From Desulfobacterales bacterium (GTDB lineage: Bacteria > Desulfobacterota > Desulfobacteria > Desulfobacterales > UBA5616): a stretch of 64,000 nt of DNA. Each line of letters opens with the position of its first letter. Position 1 is the first letter of the stretch. A program made the translations under genes and the position numbers. The stretch covers positions 1 through 64,000 of the forward strand of contig JAWODC010000082.1 in the NCBI GenBank assembly GCA_046483495.1. The letters are read 5' to 3'. This document shows, in pieces, positions 30,607 to 41,468 of the stretch. The notes below the pieces were generated by a model, which saw only the letters and a list, made by a program, of their open reading frames with translations, was not told the DNA's origin and did not search any database.

Positions 30607-33600
30607 ATGATGGACAGGCACGCATCAAAGGAAGAAAACGTGAGCTTCAAAACAGCAGAAACGTCGATTGCCGTCATCGGAATGGAATGTTATTTTCCCA
30701 AATCATCGGGATTGAAGGCTTATTGGCGGCTGATTTTCAGGGGTGAGGATGCCATTTCCGACATACCCGATTCCCATTGGTCTGTTGATGATTATTATGA
30801 CCCCGATCCCAAAAAACCCGACCGAGTGACCTGTAAGCGCGGCGGTTTTTTGGACCCCATACCGTTCGATCCCGCTCGTTTCGGTATTCCTCCGGCTACT
30901 CTTGAAGCCACGGACTCCTCTCAACTGATCGCACTGATGGCCGCCCGATCCGCACTCGAAGATGCCGGCTATGGGAACGACCACCGGGATAGCGACAAAA
31001 CGAGCGTTATTCTGGGCGTCACCGGAACCCAGGAACTGGTTATTCCATTAAGCTCCCGCTTAGAGCATCCAAAGTGGCGCAAGGCCTTGGAATCGGCCGG
31101 GGTGGATTCCGAAAAAACCGAGGAGGTAATCCGGCGGTTATCCGACGCCTTTGTATCATGGCAGGAAAATTCCTTCCCCGGGCTTTTGGGAAACGTGGTC
31201 GCCGGACGGATATCCAACCGGCTCGACCTCGGCGGAACCAACTGCGTTGTCGATGCGGCATGCGCCAGTTCACTGGCTGCCGTGTATATGAGTATGCTCG
31301 AGCTATTCAGCAAAAGGAGCCGAATGGTGGTAACCGGCGGGGTGGATACGCTCAATGACGTTTTTATGCACATGTGCTTTTCCAAAACATCGGTGTTGTC
31401 GCCGACCAGCGATGCCCGACCGTTTTCGAAAAATTCCGATGGAACGGTCCTGGGGGAAGGTGTGGGAATTCTCGTATTGAAACGCCTTGAGGACGCAATT
31501 GCCGATTCCGACAGGATATATGCCGTCATCAGGGGAATGGGAACCTCCAGTGACGGCAAAAGCCAGAGCATATACGCACCTCGAGCGGACGGTCAGGTCA
31601 AGGCACTTGTAAACGCCTATGAAACGGCCGGGGTGGAACCTGCGACAGTCGAACTCATCGAGGCGCATGGCACCGGCACCCGGGTCGGTGATGAGGTGGA
31701 GTTCACGGCGCTTCGGCAATTCTTTTCGCCCTTTCCCGAGAAGCCGCGAGCCCTCGGTTCCGTAAAATCCATGATCGGCCATACAAAGGCTGCCGCCGGT
31801 GCAGCCGGGATGATCAAATCGATTCTCTCGCTCTACCACAAAATTTTACCTCCGACGCTGAAGGTCGAGGAGCCCGATCCGAATCTTCATATCGAGGAGA
31901 CCTCTTTTTATTTGAATCCCCAAACCCGTCCGTGGTTTTCCGGAAAAGGCCTTCCAAGAAGAGCCGGCGTCAGTTCATTCGGCTTTGGCGGCAGCAACTA
32001 TCACGCTGTCCTTGAAGAGTATGACTCATCGAAGAAAACGGCCTCCTGGGATGGATCGGTGGAAATTATCGCCTTGTCGGCGGATGATCCCGAACAATTG
32101 AAGCAGTTATGCATCGACCTTAAATCCGCTTTCCAATCCGCCGGCTCATTCGACGACATCGCCGTTGCGGCGGCTGCTACACGATCCGCCTTTCGTAACG
32201 ATCGCCCGTATCGGCTGTTGTGGGTCGTCGAGCGTTCGGAGTGGGGTCGGGAGGATGATCCAAAGCGCGTTCATGCAATCGAAGCGATGATCGAAAGCCT
32301 CGAAAACAATCGGGACGTTATCGAAATCGATATCAACAATGTCCATTTCGGGACATCCGGAAAACCGGGGAAAATTGCGTTCATGTTTCCAGGTCAGGGC
32401 GCACAATACGTCGGCATGGCTTCTGATTTAACCTGCATTTTCCCGCAGATGCTGGATGTCCTGGAACAGACGAATGCCGCCTTCGGTGAAACCCGTCTGA
32501 CCGACTTAATATATCCGTTGCCGGTCGATGATCGAAAGGCCAAAAAAGCGCAGGAATCCGAACTGACGCTCACGAACAGGGCACAGCCGGCCATCGGCGG
32601 CATCAGTCTCGGTATGATGAAGATTCTTCGTCATTTCGGTCTGGTCCCCGATGCCGCCTGCGGGCACAGCTTTGGAGAGTTGGTGGCCTTGAACGCCGCC
32701 GGATGGATCGATGATGTAACCCTGATCACATTTGCCGTTAACCGGGGACGCCTGATGGCAGAGGCCGGCAAAGCCGGAGACAAGGATCCCGGCACGATGA
32801 CGGCGGTAAAGGCGCCCCTCGAGGACCTCGACCGGTTGATCCGGCAATCGCATACGGATGTCATTCTGGCGAATCGAAACAGCCCGAACCAGGGAGTATT
32901 GTCGGGTCCGACCGAAGCGATCGAAAAAGCCGAATCCTTGTGTAAAGACAACGGCTACAAAACCATACGGCTCCCGGTGGCGGCCGCTTTCCACAGCCGG
33001 CTGTTGAAGGACGCCCAAAAGCCGTTCATGAAAATTGTTACGGATTCAGCCATGACCCCGACGGATATCCCGGTGTATTCGAACACGCTGGGTGCGCCCT
33101 ACCCCGCCGATTCGGATAAAGCAAAAACGATTCTCGGCGAACAGATATTGTGCCCGGTCGACTTCGTCAATGATGTGAAGCATCTGCACGCCTCCGGGGT
33201 AAACGTATTTTTGGAAGTCGGCCCGAAAACGGTGCTTTCGGGATTGGTAAAAGCCATATTGGGGGACCGGGCCGTCCATATGGTCGCTTTGGACGAATCC
33301 GGCGGACGCAAATCGGGGATTTGGGATTTGGCCACGGCTTTATGCCGGCTGGCGGCTTTGGGATACCCGGTCATGATTGACAAGTGGGAAAACGGGGGCG
33401 GCCCCTCGGATCCCCCGAAAAAACCCGCTATGGAAATCCTGATTTCCGGAACGAATTATCGTGCATCCAAAAAATCCGGTCCGGCATCGAATGCAAAAGA
33501 AAAACGACCGACCGATTCAAGGGAAAACACACCTGATGCGGCGAAACCGCCGAAAATCGATATGCCGGAGAAGATTATGACCACCCGAGTTCAGGTAATG

Positions 33601-36600
33601 GACAAGCGCCACGAACCCCAACGGTTCAAAAAAACTTCCATCGTGGGTGCCGGCTCGAATGCCGAACCCGAAAAACGTACCGAAAACCGTCTGCCGTCCG
33701 TCACGAGACGGTGGTCGAATGGTTCGGATTTTGCAGCCGAGGCTTTCAAGACCGTGCAGGAAGGGCTCAAATCCATGCAGTCGCTGCAGCAGCAGACCAC
33801 CAGGGCTCATGAGACGTTTCTCCAAACGCAAATGGAATCCAACAAAACCCTCCAGATGATGATTCAAAGCACGCAACGGCTCGTGGAAAACGCAATGGGA
33901 TTGGAACCGAACATTTCCGATGCCGATATCGAACGGCTTTCTGCGTCAGCTTCAGCCGGGCTGCAGGAGGAAGAAAAATTCGCTGCGGATTCGTCGAAGG
34001 CCGTGATCGGGAAAACTATCGTTCCAACGGCTGAAACGCCCGGTGGTGAAACGCATCACGATCGTGACCGCATCATCAGCACCCTGCTTCAAACCGTCTC
34101 CGATCTTACCGGATATCCCGTGGAAATGCTGGGATTGGACCTGGACATGGAAGCCGATTTGGGCATCGACTCCATCAAGCGCGTGGAAATCCTCTCCGCA
34201 CTCGAGGAAAAAATTTCGGGACTGCCCCCTGTCGAACCCGAAATGATGGGGACACTGAAGACGCTGGGTCAGATCATCGAGGTTTTGCTGTCCCATACCC
34301 CTTCGACCGAGGCCTCCCCGCACGAGGCCGAACCCGAACACCCGCCGGTCGAAACCTCGGCATCTGCCGATTCGACGGACCTGGCCGATATCCTGCTGGC
34401 CACCGTCTCCGATCTCACCGGGTATCCCGTGGAAATGCTGGGGTTGGACCTGGACATGGAAGCCGACCTGGGCATCGACTCCATCAAACGCGTGGAGATT
34501 CTCTCCGCACTCGATGAAAAAATCCCGGGATTGCCGCCCGTCGAACCTGAAATGATAGGCTCGCTGAAGAAACTCGGCCAAATCATCGACTATCTGCGTT
34601 CACCGGTTTCATCCGGAGGTGATTCCGTTGGCCGTGCAAAAGAGCCGGAAGTCATCGAGCAGGAATCGCCGGTCTTGTCTGGTCCTTTTTTAAAAGCCGT
34701 CGACATCCAGCGCCAAACCGTTTCGCTTCGACAAAAACCCTACCGCCGTAAACAGCGGTTTCCTATTGAGAAAGGAAAAACGATATACGTGATGGATGAA
34801 CCCGCCGGACTATCGCGGGCCATTGCAGGTGAACTTGAACGGCGGGGTCTGAATGCCGTTCTGTTTGCACCGCACCTGCCGTTGGATTGCGAAATGCTGC
34901 ATGAAGCAGCCGGATTGATCCTGCTGCCGGACTGCCGGACCGAACGATTTTACACTCCGGACTATCGAACGGAAAGCATGTTTCTCAAAGCAGCGCTTAC
35001 GGCCGCAAAAACGGCTGCCCCTGCGCTGCGGCATACCGGTAAGCAAAAAGCCGCTTTTCTGGCCGGCCTTGTTCGGCTTGACGGTGCATTCGGTTTTAAG
35101 GGTCCGGATGTCGCCCTGCCGATATCAGCCGGGCTTGCCGGTCTGGTCAAAACCGCCGCCATTGAATGGCCTGAGGTGCGTTGCCGCTGCTTCGACCTTT
35201 CGCCGGATTGGAAAGAGCATTCGGAAATTGCCGCCGCAGTCGCCGATGAACTGTTGAACGACGACCGGGAATGCCCGTTGGAAATCGGGTTGAGTGCCCG
35301 GGAACGTGTCGAATTGGTATCCACGCCTTCGCCTTCCCCGGAAGGGGTGCTCCACCTGGGACCGGAAGACATCGTTTTGGCGACCGGGGGCGCCCGCGGC
35401 GTGACCGCGGCTGCGGCCACTGCATTGGCCCGGGAATCCGGGGCCGTATTCGTGCTTCTGGGCCGCTCTCCCGGACCCTTCGAAGAGCCGGAATGGTTGA
35501 AGGCAGTTACCCGTGAAGCGGCAATGAAAAAGGCCATTCTCGAAAATGAATGTTCAGGCCATGTTGTCAAACCGGTTGACCTGGAAAAGCGATATGCCTA
35601 TTACGCGGCAAACCGTGAACTCGTTCGCACACTGAAGAGCATAAAGGCCTGCGGTGCCCATGCCGAGTATTATTCGGTGGACGTGAACGACCAAAGCGCC
35701 GTTTTGTCGGTGTGCGAACGGATACGCAACACCTATGGCCGGATTTCCGCCGTCATTCACGGAGCCGGTGTTCTAAAAGACCGTCTGATCGTGGACAAAA
35801 CCGAAGAGCAGTTCCAGCAGGTATTCGATACCAAGGTGAAAGGAATGCTGAATCTCCTGAATGCCACGCAGACCGATGCCTTGAAATATGTCGTCCTGTT
35901 TTCTTCCATTGCGGCAAGAACCGGCAATAAGGGACAGGCGGATTATGCCATGGCAAACGAGGCGTTGAACAAAATGGCACGGCACATTGCCTTCCACCGC
36001 CCCCGGTGCCGGGTGGTGTCCATCAATTGGGGACCCTGGGATGGGGGAATGGTCAACAAAACCCTGAAGAAAGAATTTAAACGCGCTCATATTCCCCTTA
36101 TCCCCATCGATGCCGGCGCGCAGTGCATGGTGATGGAAATGAAAGGCGAACCCCGGGAAGCGGTGGAGGTGGTGATCGGCGGACCGCCCTGCGATACGGC
36201 AGCCGTTCCGGAACAGAAACACGATCCGTCCGGGTCCGAAAACAAGCGAGCGCACACCTTCCGGAAATTGGCCGTAGCCTTTGAAAAAACAATTGACATC
36301 CACAATTTTCCCATATTGGAATCCCACCGGTTAAACGGCGTACCCGTTGTCCCGTTTGCGCTCATGACCGAATGGTTCGGCCATGCCTCGCTCCATGAAA
36401 ATCCCGGCCTGTATCTTTATGGATTTAACGATATGAGGGTATTGAACGGCATCCAATTAAACGGCAACGCGATACGCATTCGACTTCTGACGGGAAAAAT
36501 CAGAAAGCTTCATCATGCCTTCGAGGTCGATCTGGAAATCAGAAACAGCGAAACCGGTGATGCCGATCTCGTTTACGCCAGGGCCAAAGCCGTTCTGGTC

Positions 36601-37152
36601 GACGCCCCGATCCAGGCGCCTGATTTTATGCGGCGAGATCTGTTGGACTCGAAAAGCTGCGCAAGGAGTGTAGCCGACGTTTATGACATGATTTTATTCC
36701 ATGGCAAAGATCTCCAGGGGCTGAAAGAGATTAAAAGCCTCACCGGCGAAGGAATGGTTGCACGGGTCTCGTCGGCACCCCTGCCGCGAAAATGGATGAA
36801 AAATCCCCTAAGGCATAGGTGGGTGGCGGATCCGCTGGTGCTGGACTCGGCATTTCAGATGGCCTCTGTGTGGTGCTTCGAAAATCTTGGCAACGTTTCT
36901 CTTCCCGTATATATGCAAGACTATCGCCAGTATGTGCCGCAATTTCCGAAAGAGCCGATCACATCCGTGCTCGAAGTGACCCACGCCGCGCGCCACAAAA
37001 TGACGGGGAATTTCACCTTCCTCGGCACCCGCAACACCGTCATTGCACAAATGACCGGTTTTGAAGCGGTTGTAGATGAATCCCTTTTCCGTGCATTTAA
37101 ACCGGATGGGAAAGAAGGGCCGAAGGCAAACCGCATCAAAGCCGCCGGGTAA
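30607..37152 (+). CDS. pfaA: PfaA-like iterative type I PKS/PUFA synthase (KS-MAT-ACP-ACP-KR-DH); start uncertain between 30580 and 30640
   Basis: KS DAACASS/EAHGTGT/GHTKAAAG; MAT GHSFG and AFHS; two LGIDSIKRVEIL ACPs; KR TGGARGV and YAMAN; C-terminal DH H..NG.PVVP. Confidence 0.93.
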   Translation: MMDRHASKEENVSFKTAETSIAVIGMECYFPKSSGLKAYWRLIFRGEDAISDIPDSHWSVDDYYDPDPKKPDRVTCKRGGFLDPIPFDPARFGIPPATLEATDSSQLIALMAARSALEDAGYGNDHRDSDKTSVILGVTGTQELVIPLSSRLEHPKWRKALESAGVDSEKTEEVIRRLSDAFVSWQENSFPGLLGNVVAGRISNRLDLGGTNCVVDAACASSLAAVYMSMLELFSKRSRMVVTGGVDTLNDVFMHMCFSKTSVLSPTSDARPFSKNSDGTVLGEGVGILVLKRLEDAIADSDRIYAVIRGMGTSSDGKSQSIYAPRADGQVKALVNAYETAGVEPATVELIEAHGTGTRVGDEVEFTALRQFFSPFPEKPRALGSVKSMIGHTKAAAGAAGMIKSILSLYHKILPPTLKVEEPDPNLHIEETSFYLNPQTRPWFSGKGLPRRAGVSSFGFGGSNYHAVLEEYDSSKKTASWDGSVEIIALSADDPEQLKQLCIDLKSAFQSAGSFDDIAVAAAATRSAFRNDRPYRLLWVVERSEWGREDDPKRVHAIEAMIESLENNRDVIEIDINNVHFGTSGKPGKIAFMFPGQGAQYVGMASDLTCIFPQMLDVLEQTNAAFGETRLTDLIYPLPVDDRKAKKAQESELTLTNRAQPAIGGISLGMMKILRHFGLVPDAACGHSFGELVALNAAGWIDDVTLITFAVNRGRLMAEAGKAGDKDPGTMTAVKAPLEDLDRLIRQSHTDVILANRNSPNQGVLSGPTEAIEKAESLCKDNGYKTIRLPVAAAFHSRLLKDAQKPFMKIVTDSAMTPTDIPVYSNTLGAPYPADSDKAKTILGEQILCPVDFVNDVKHLHASGVNVFLEVGPKTVLSGLVKAILGDRAVHMVALDESGGRKSGIWDLATALCRLAALGYPVMIDKWENGGGPSDPPKKPAMEILISGTNYRASKKSGPASNAKEKRPTDSRENTPDAAKPPKIDMPEKIMTTRVQVMDKRHEPQRFKKTSIVGAGSNAEPEKRTENRLPSVTRRWSNGSDFAAEAFKTVQEGLKSMQSLQQQTTRAHETFLQTQMESNKTLQMMIQSTQRLVENAMGLEPNISDADIERLSASASAGLQEEEKFAADSSKAVIGKTIVPTAETPGGETHHDRDRIISTLLQTVSDLTGYPVEMLGLDLDMEADLGIDSIKRVEILSALEEKISGLPPVEPEMMGTLKTLGQIIEVLLSHTPSTEASPHEAEPEHPPVETSASADSTDLADILLATVSDLTGYPVEMLGLDLDMEADLGIDSIKRVEILSALDEKIPGLPPVEPEMIGSLKKLGQIIDYLRSPVSSGGDSVGRAKEPEVIEQESPVLSGPFLKAVDIQRQTVSLRQKPYRRKQRFPIEKGKTIYVMDEPAGLSRAIAGELERRGLNAVLFAPHLPLDCEMLHEAAGLILLPDCRTERFYTPDYRTESMFLKAALTAAKTAAPALRHTGKQKAAFLAGLVRLDGAFGFKGPDVALPISAGLAGLVKTAAIEWPEVRCRCFDLSPDWKEHSEIAAAVADELLNDDRECPLEIGLSARERVELVSTPSPSPEGVLHLGPEDIVLATGGARGVTAAAATALARESGAVFVLLGRSPGPFEEPEWLKAVTREAAMKKAILENECSGHVVKPVDLEKRYAYYAANRELVRTLKSIKACGAHAEYYSVDVNDQSAVLSVCERIRNTYGRISAVIHGAGVLKDRLIVDKTEEQFQQVFDTKVKGMLNLLNATQTDALKYVVLFSSIAARTGNKGQADYAMANEALNKMARHIAFHRPRCRVVSINWGPWDGGMVNKTLKKEFKRAHIPLIPIDAGAQCMVMEMKGEPREAVEVVIGGPPCDTAAVPEQKHDPSGSENKRAHTFRKLAVAFEKTIDIHNFPILESHRLNGVPVVPFALMTEWFGHASLHENPGLYLYGFNDMRVLNGIQLNGNAIRIRLLTGKIRKLHHAFEVDLEIRNSETGDADLVYARAKAVLVDAPIQAPDFMRRDLLDSKSCARSVADVYDMILFHGKDLQGLKEIKSLTGEGMVARVSSAPLPRKWMKNPLRHRWVADPLVLDSAFQMASVWCFENLGNVSLPVYMQDYRQYVPQFPKEPITSVLEVTHAARHKMTGNFTFLGTRNTVIAQMTGFEAVVDESLFRAFKPDGKEGPKANRIKAAG
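34075..34600 (+). repeat. Near-identical tandem ACP-coding repeats within pfaA
   Basis: Two copies of ACCGTCTCCGATCT...GACCTGGACATGGAAGCCGA...GACTCCATCAA about 306 bp apart. Confidence 0.9.
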
Positions 37153-37346
37153 TTTTTTCCGTTGATCACGGCAAATCGTTTAGGATCAACGGGAAAAAAT
37201 TGGATGAATGGGGTCCCCGGCATCCCGGTCTCCCCCCTCAAGCTAATGCCATATGGCACAATTATAGGGGGGGGTAGGGACATGTCGTGCCGGAAGTCCG
37301 GTGAACGGCCGAACAGATTCGGCGGCTGATTTTTAAATCGATGGGT

Positions 37347-38516
37347 TTAACGGGCCTTTTGATACAGTGGGGAAATATCCCTCAGGGTCTTGACGATGTG
37401 CTGCATGGCGGACAAAAATGTTTCGATTTCTTCTTCGGTATTGTCGAGACCGAACGCCAAAACCAGTGTTCCCTGGGCATCTGCATGGCTTAAACCGATG
37501 GACAACAGAACGTGGGATGCCCGCAGAGAACCGGTTGCGCAGGCGGAACGCGTTGAAACGGCGATATTTTCGTCATCCAGCATCAGCATGACGCTTTCGC
37601 CTTCAATGAATTTGATGGAGACGGATACGAGGTTGGGAAGGCTCTTTTCCTCGGGGGTGTTGATGATATACTCGTCGATATAATTCGGTAGTTCGTTCAA
37701 GAGCTTTGTTTTTAATTTCGACAGATGTTCCAGGCGCGATGCCATGTGCTTTCGGGCCAAATCGGCGGCCACGCCCATGCCGATGATGCCGATCAGATTT
37801 TCCGTACCGGCACGCTTGTTGCCTTCCTGAACACCGCCGTCCAGCAGCGGCCATATCAGCGTGCCTTTGCGAATGTACAATCCTCCGACACCCGTCGGCC
37901 CGTAGAACGTATTCGAGGCGAAGCTCATCAAGTCGACGCCCAGTTTTTGAACGTCCATGGGCATCACACCGACCGAGTCCACCGCATCGGTATGAAAAAT
38001 CACCTTTTTTCTCCGGGTGATATCAGCGATCGCTTCAATGGGCTGTATCGTTCCGGTTTCATTGTTGCTGTGCATGATGGAAACCAGTACGGTCTCGTCG
38101 GAAATGGCTTCCTCGATATCCCGTGGATTGACAAATCCCTTGCTGTCCACGGAAACCGAGGTGATTTTAAATCCCTGCCCTTTCAGCCGTCGAATGCTTC
38201 GGGTCACCGCATTGTGCTCGATATTGGAGGTGACGATATGCCGGCCCTTTTCGGCATTGGCCATCGCCACCCCCTTTACGGCGTGATTTACCGACTCGGT
38301 ACCCCCTGAATTAAACACGACTTCCTTCGGGTTTTCAGCATTGATGAGCGCTGCTACGGATTCCCGCGCCTTTTCCAGCGCCGCCGCCGCTTCCTCCCCC
38401 TTCTTGTGCTGGCTGGATGGATTTGCATGATCATATTGAATCGCATCGATCATGGCCTGTTTGACTTCGGGAAGCAGGGGCTTCGAAGAGATATGATCCA
38501 GATTTATGATTTTCAT
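37347..38516 (-). CDS. IscS/NifS-family cysteine desulfurase homolog lacking the PLP-binding Lys
   Basis: NPSS, SGGTES.N, IEHNAV, NNETGTIQP, RAGTEN, catalytic RSAC; canonical SAHKFYGP appears as ASNTFYGP. Confidence 0.9.
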   Translation of the reverse strand: MKIINLDHISSKPLLPEVKQAMIDAIQYDHANPSSQHKKGEEAAAALEKARESVAALINAENPKEVVFNSGGTESVNHAVKGVAMANAEKGRHIVTSNIEHNAVTRSIRRLKGQGFKITSVSVDSKGFVNPRDIEEAISDETVLVSIMHSNNETGTIQPIEAIADITRRKKVIFHTDAVDSVGVMPMDVQKLGVDLMSFASNTFYGPTGVGGLYIRKGTLIWPLLDGGVQEGNKRAGTENLIGIIGMGVAADLARKHMASRLEHLSKLKTKLLNELPNYIDEYIINTPEEKSLPNLVSVSIKFIEGESVMLMLDDENIAVSTRSACATGSLRASHVLLSIGLSHADAQGTLVLAFGLDNTEEEIETFLSAMQHIVKTLRDISPLYQKAR

Positions 38517-38528
38517 GTGAGTATCCCC

Positions 38529-39044
38529 TTAGTGATGATCCTCTGCCAGGTCGGTCTGGCAAGCTTTGCAGAAGGTTGTATCCTCTCGAATTTCCACGTC
38601 GCAGTAAGGGCAGTAGCACTTGTCCCCGTGGTTATGCTCGTGTTTTTCCTTGCGCTTCAACTCAACGGGCGGCTTTCCGCTCTTCCGCGCCTCGTAATCC
38701 TTCAGTGCCATCTGAAGCGCATCGGCACCCAGATTCGAGCAGTGGAGTTTGTTTTTCGGCAGCCCTTCCAGTGCCTCTGCGACATCCTTGTTCGTAATCG
38801 TTTTTGCATCCGCCACCGTTTTGCCTTTGGCGATTTCCGTCAGCATGCTGGATACGGCAATAGCCGACCCGCATCCGAATGTCTGAAATTTAATATCCTC
38901 TATTTTATCGTCCTTTATCTTCAGGTATATGGTCATCATATCCCCGCATAAAGGATTTCCCACTTCGCCGACACCATCCGCATCCTCGATCGTGCCCACG
39001 TTCCTGGGATTCCTGAAATGGTCCATAACCGTTTTGGAATACAT
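38529..39044 (-). CDS. iscU: IscU/NifU-type Fe-S scaffold with His-rich linker and C-terminal zinc ribbon
   Basis: HFRNPRNVG, GNPLCGD, FGCGSAIA, KLHCSNL; tail HEHNHG..CYCPYC...CKAC. Confidence 0.9.
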   Translation of the reverse strand: MYSKTVMDHFRNPRNVGTIEDADGVGEVGNPLCGDMMTIYLKIKDDKIEDIKFQTFGCGSAIAVSSMLTEIAKGKTVADAKTITNKDVAEALEGLPKNKLHCSNLGADALQMALKDYEARKSGKPPVELKRKEKHEHNHGDKCYCPYCDVEIREDTTFCKACQTDLAEDHH

Positions 39045-39131
39045 CGGCTTTCCTCCTTTGGTATGCCGTTTATGTGAAGTGCGTCTCGCTTTCCAGTATA
39101 ATCATCAAAACCGTTTAGTAAAGGATTCAGC

Positions 39132-39335
39132 CTATATTCGGCCGCTTTGAACCAGTCGTGCAAAATGATCGAAAGAACGGTCATAGGTCCTCTCCGCATC
39201 ATCGGGAAAGCAGCAGGCCGGCAGCTGACGGCTTTTGACATGATAAGATATGCACTCGCAGCAATTGCCTTTCCTGGAGCACGGCTCGTAACTGCAGTTG
39301 CACATCGTCAGATTGGCCTCTTTTTTACATTCCAT
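39132..39335 (-). CDS. Small Cys-rich protein (DUF6485-like)
   Basis: [19 protein letters not shown]...QLPACCF; GGAG RBS before ATG at 39335. Confidence 0.75.
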   Translation of the reverse strand: MECKKEANLTMCNCSYEPCSRKGNCCECISYHVKSRQLPACCFPDDAERTYDRSFDHFARLVQSGRI

Positions 39336-39439
39336 GATAACATCTCCAAAATTGACATATTTTTCGCCTGGTGTCCATCCCGGCAAACCGCTTCAGCCCC
39401 GATCCAAAAAACGGGCCTTTTCGTGGGGATGAACGCTGT

Positions 39440-40453
39440 CTACTCTTTTCGGTTTATCGCCTCCACCGCCTCCAATGCCGCATCACGCAATTCAAGATCC
39501 GGATTTTGATTTAAAATTTCTTTTATGTACGGCAGTGTCTCGTCTTTACCACCGACTAGGCCGAGCACATAGAGAATATCGCCCTTCACCGGATGAGACG
39601 CGGCCGGATAAAGGGCCATCAGCGGTTCTGCAACGGATTGCGCCAACCGGGCATCCCGGGCCGTGATCTCCTCAACGGCCACCATGGCGCCCAGGCGAAC
39701 CGGCCACTTTTCATGAACCAAAAGATCCAGAAGAGCGGGAAATACATTCTTTCTGGAAACCATCCATTCAGCCAAACGGCTTGCCCCGCCCTCCTTCAGC
39801 AGGTTTTCCATGGTTTGACCCCCCATTCGTGCGGGATCACGATGTCGAACAGCCTCGATAATCTCCTTTGCACCGACTTCTCCATGCCATCTGAAATCAT
39901 TGTCCAGCAGCAGCGCCGGTACGGACGTGACATGATGTTCGGATGCCTTTTCAGGGAAGAGAAGCCCGTCGATCACCGTTAAGCTCAGCAGCGGGCACCC
40001 GGCTGTCAACGGCAGGATACGGTGCATCATTTTAGGGCAGTACGGGCAAAAGCCTGTGACAAAGAGCATTAATTCAGCGGGCGTCTCGATGTCTTCGAGC
40101 ATTGGGAAGGTCTCCGGCGCAATAGACGAACCATTAGCGAAAAAAAGATCCAGGCCGTCGAGAAAAGGAACCAATTCAGTGCCGGAGGGAATGGCATGAA
40201 AATGCACTTTTTCTCCTAAACGCACGTATGGAATGCCTGTTTCCTCTTTCCGAATTGTCAATCGAATGATTTCGGATATGCGGGAAAATTCCGTAAAAAA
40301 GAGTTGGAAATCGCCGCTTCGATTATCCGGAGTCAAAACCAGCGTCAGGTCGATCGGCCCCGAATGTTTCGTTACCCAATCGCGAATGATGCCTTTTTCG
40401 TGTGCCGGCACAGTGGCGGCCGATCCGCTTCTCTGGTGAGGATTCGACATCAT
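39440..40453 (-). CDS. Thioredoxin/glutaredoxin-like (AhpF N-terminal-like) protein with C-terminal HEAT-like repeats
   Basis: CPYC motif, VTSVP cis-Pro loop, VRLGAMV..E and LRDAALEA helical repeats. Confidence 0.75.
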   Translation of the reverse strand: MMSNPHQRSGSAATVPAHEKGIIRDWVTKHSGPIDLTLVLTPDNRSGDFQLFFTEFSRISEIIRLTIRKEETGIPYVRLGEKVHFHAIPSGTELVPFLDGLDLFFANGSSIAPETFPMLEDIETPAELMLFVTGFCPYCPKMMHRILPLTAGCPLLSLTVIDGLLFPEKASEHHVTSVPALLLDNDFRWHGEVGAKEIIEAVRHRDPARMGGQTMENLLKEGGASRLAEWMVSRKNVFPALLDLLVHEKWPVRLGAMVAVEEITARDARLAQSVAEPLMALYPAASHPVKGDILYVLGLVGGKDETLPYIKEILNQNPDLELRDAALEAVEAINRKE

Positions 40454-41085
40454 CCGACCGGCTGCGCCTCTTTTTTCTCGACCAGGTTCACAACAAGATT
40501 CTCCGCCATATCCATACCGACCCGGTCCATGTTCAGCACCAAATCGTAATGGCTCGGATCATCGATATGCTCGACATCCGTAAAAAAACCCAAAAACCGC
40601 CGCCTGATAAGATCGCGCTGACGAATGGATTTTTCCGCATCCGGCCGGGTCAGGTTGTAATTTTCCATCATGAACGCAATCCGGGATTCCATATTCTGCA
40701 CCAGCAGAAGATGAACCGTATCCGGAAAATCCTTGAGGATGAATTGGCCGCCTCTGCCGATGATGATCATGTTCCCTTTATCATGAATTTCCAAAATAAT
40801 CTTTCCGATCACATCCACATAATTCTTTTCATTGACAAAGCCGTAACTGTCCGAGAGATGCCTGTCGATAAAACGGGTGTTCACCAGTTTGTCGATGAAC
40901 CGCATCAGCATGGAACCGCCCTCTTTTTCAAAATATTGGATCTGGGCGGAAGACACCTTGAGCTTGGACGCCGCCTCTTTTATCATATTTTCGTTGATGC
41001 AGCCATAGCCAAGCCGCGTCGACAATCGCGAGGCAAGCGTCCATCCTCCTGCTCCAAACAGTCGTGAGATGGTAATTACCGCCAT
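40450..41085 (-). CDS. Cytidylate kinase-like family protein
   Basis: VITISRLFGAGG, IIGRGGQFIL, R..F, DPSHYDLVLN. Confidence 0.85.
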   Translation of the reverse strand: MAVITISRLFGAGGWTLASRLSTRLGYGCINENMIKEAASKLKVSSAQIQYFEKEGGSMLMRFIDKLVNTRFIDRHLSDSYGFVNEKNYVDVIGKIILEIHDKGNMIIIGRGGQFILKDFPDTVHLLLVQNMESRIAFMMENYNLTRPDAEKSIRQRDLIRRRFLGFFTDVEHIDDPSHYDLVLNMDRVGMDMAENLVVNLVEKKEAQPVG

Positions 41086-41468
41086 TTCCTGTAGTCCTCC
41101 GATAATGTTTTAATTTTTTTCATATTATCACGTTTTCATCGGAAGCTCAAAAATTTATAATTATTTCGAAAAGATTAAAAGTGTATAGATTAATTTGCTA
41201 AAAGAGTCAAAATTGTATATGTAAGCTTTTCAGGTTGTTTCGTCTATTTTTTTCACTTGAATAAAAATATCCTTCAAAAGTTCTTTTTCGATGACGAAAA
41301 AGCTATGATTATTCATGCTGAAAAGAAACTCCGGATATTTGCCAAAACCCCTAAACGACATGTAATCGAATTCTCATGCCCATCCGATAATGTCGGCCTG
41401 TCGGGTTCCTCAGGACCGGGGCCGTTATTTTTTGCCGAATTCTATACTTATATTCTCCAATTCAATTC

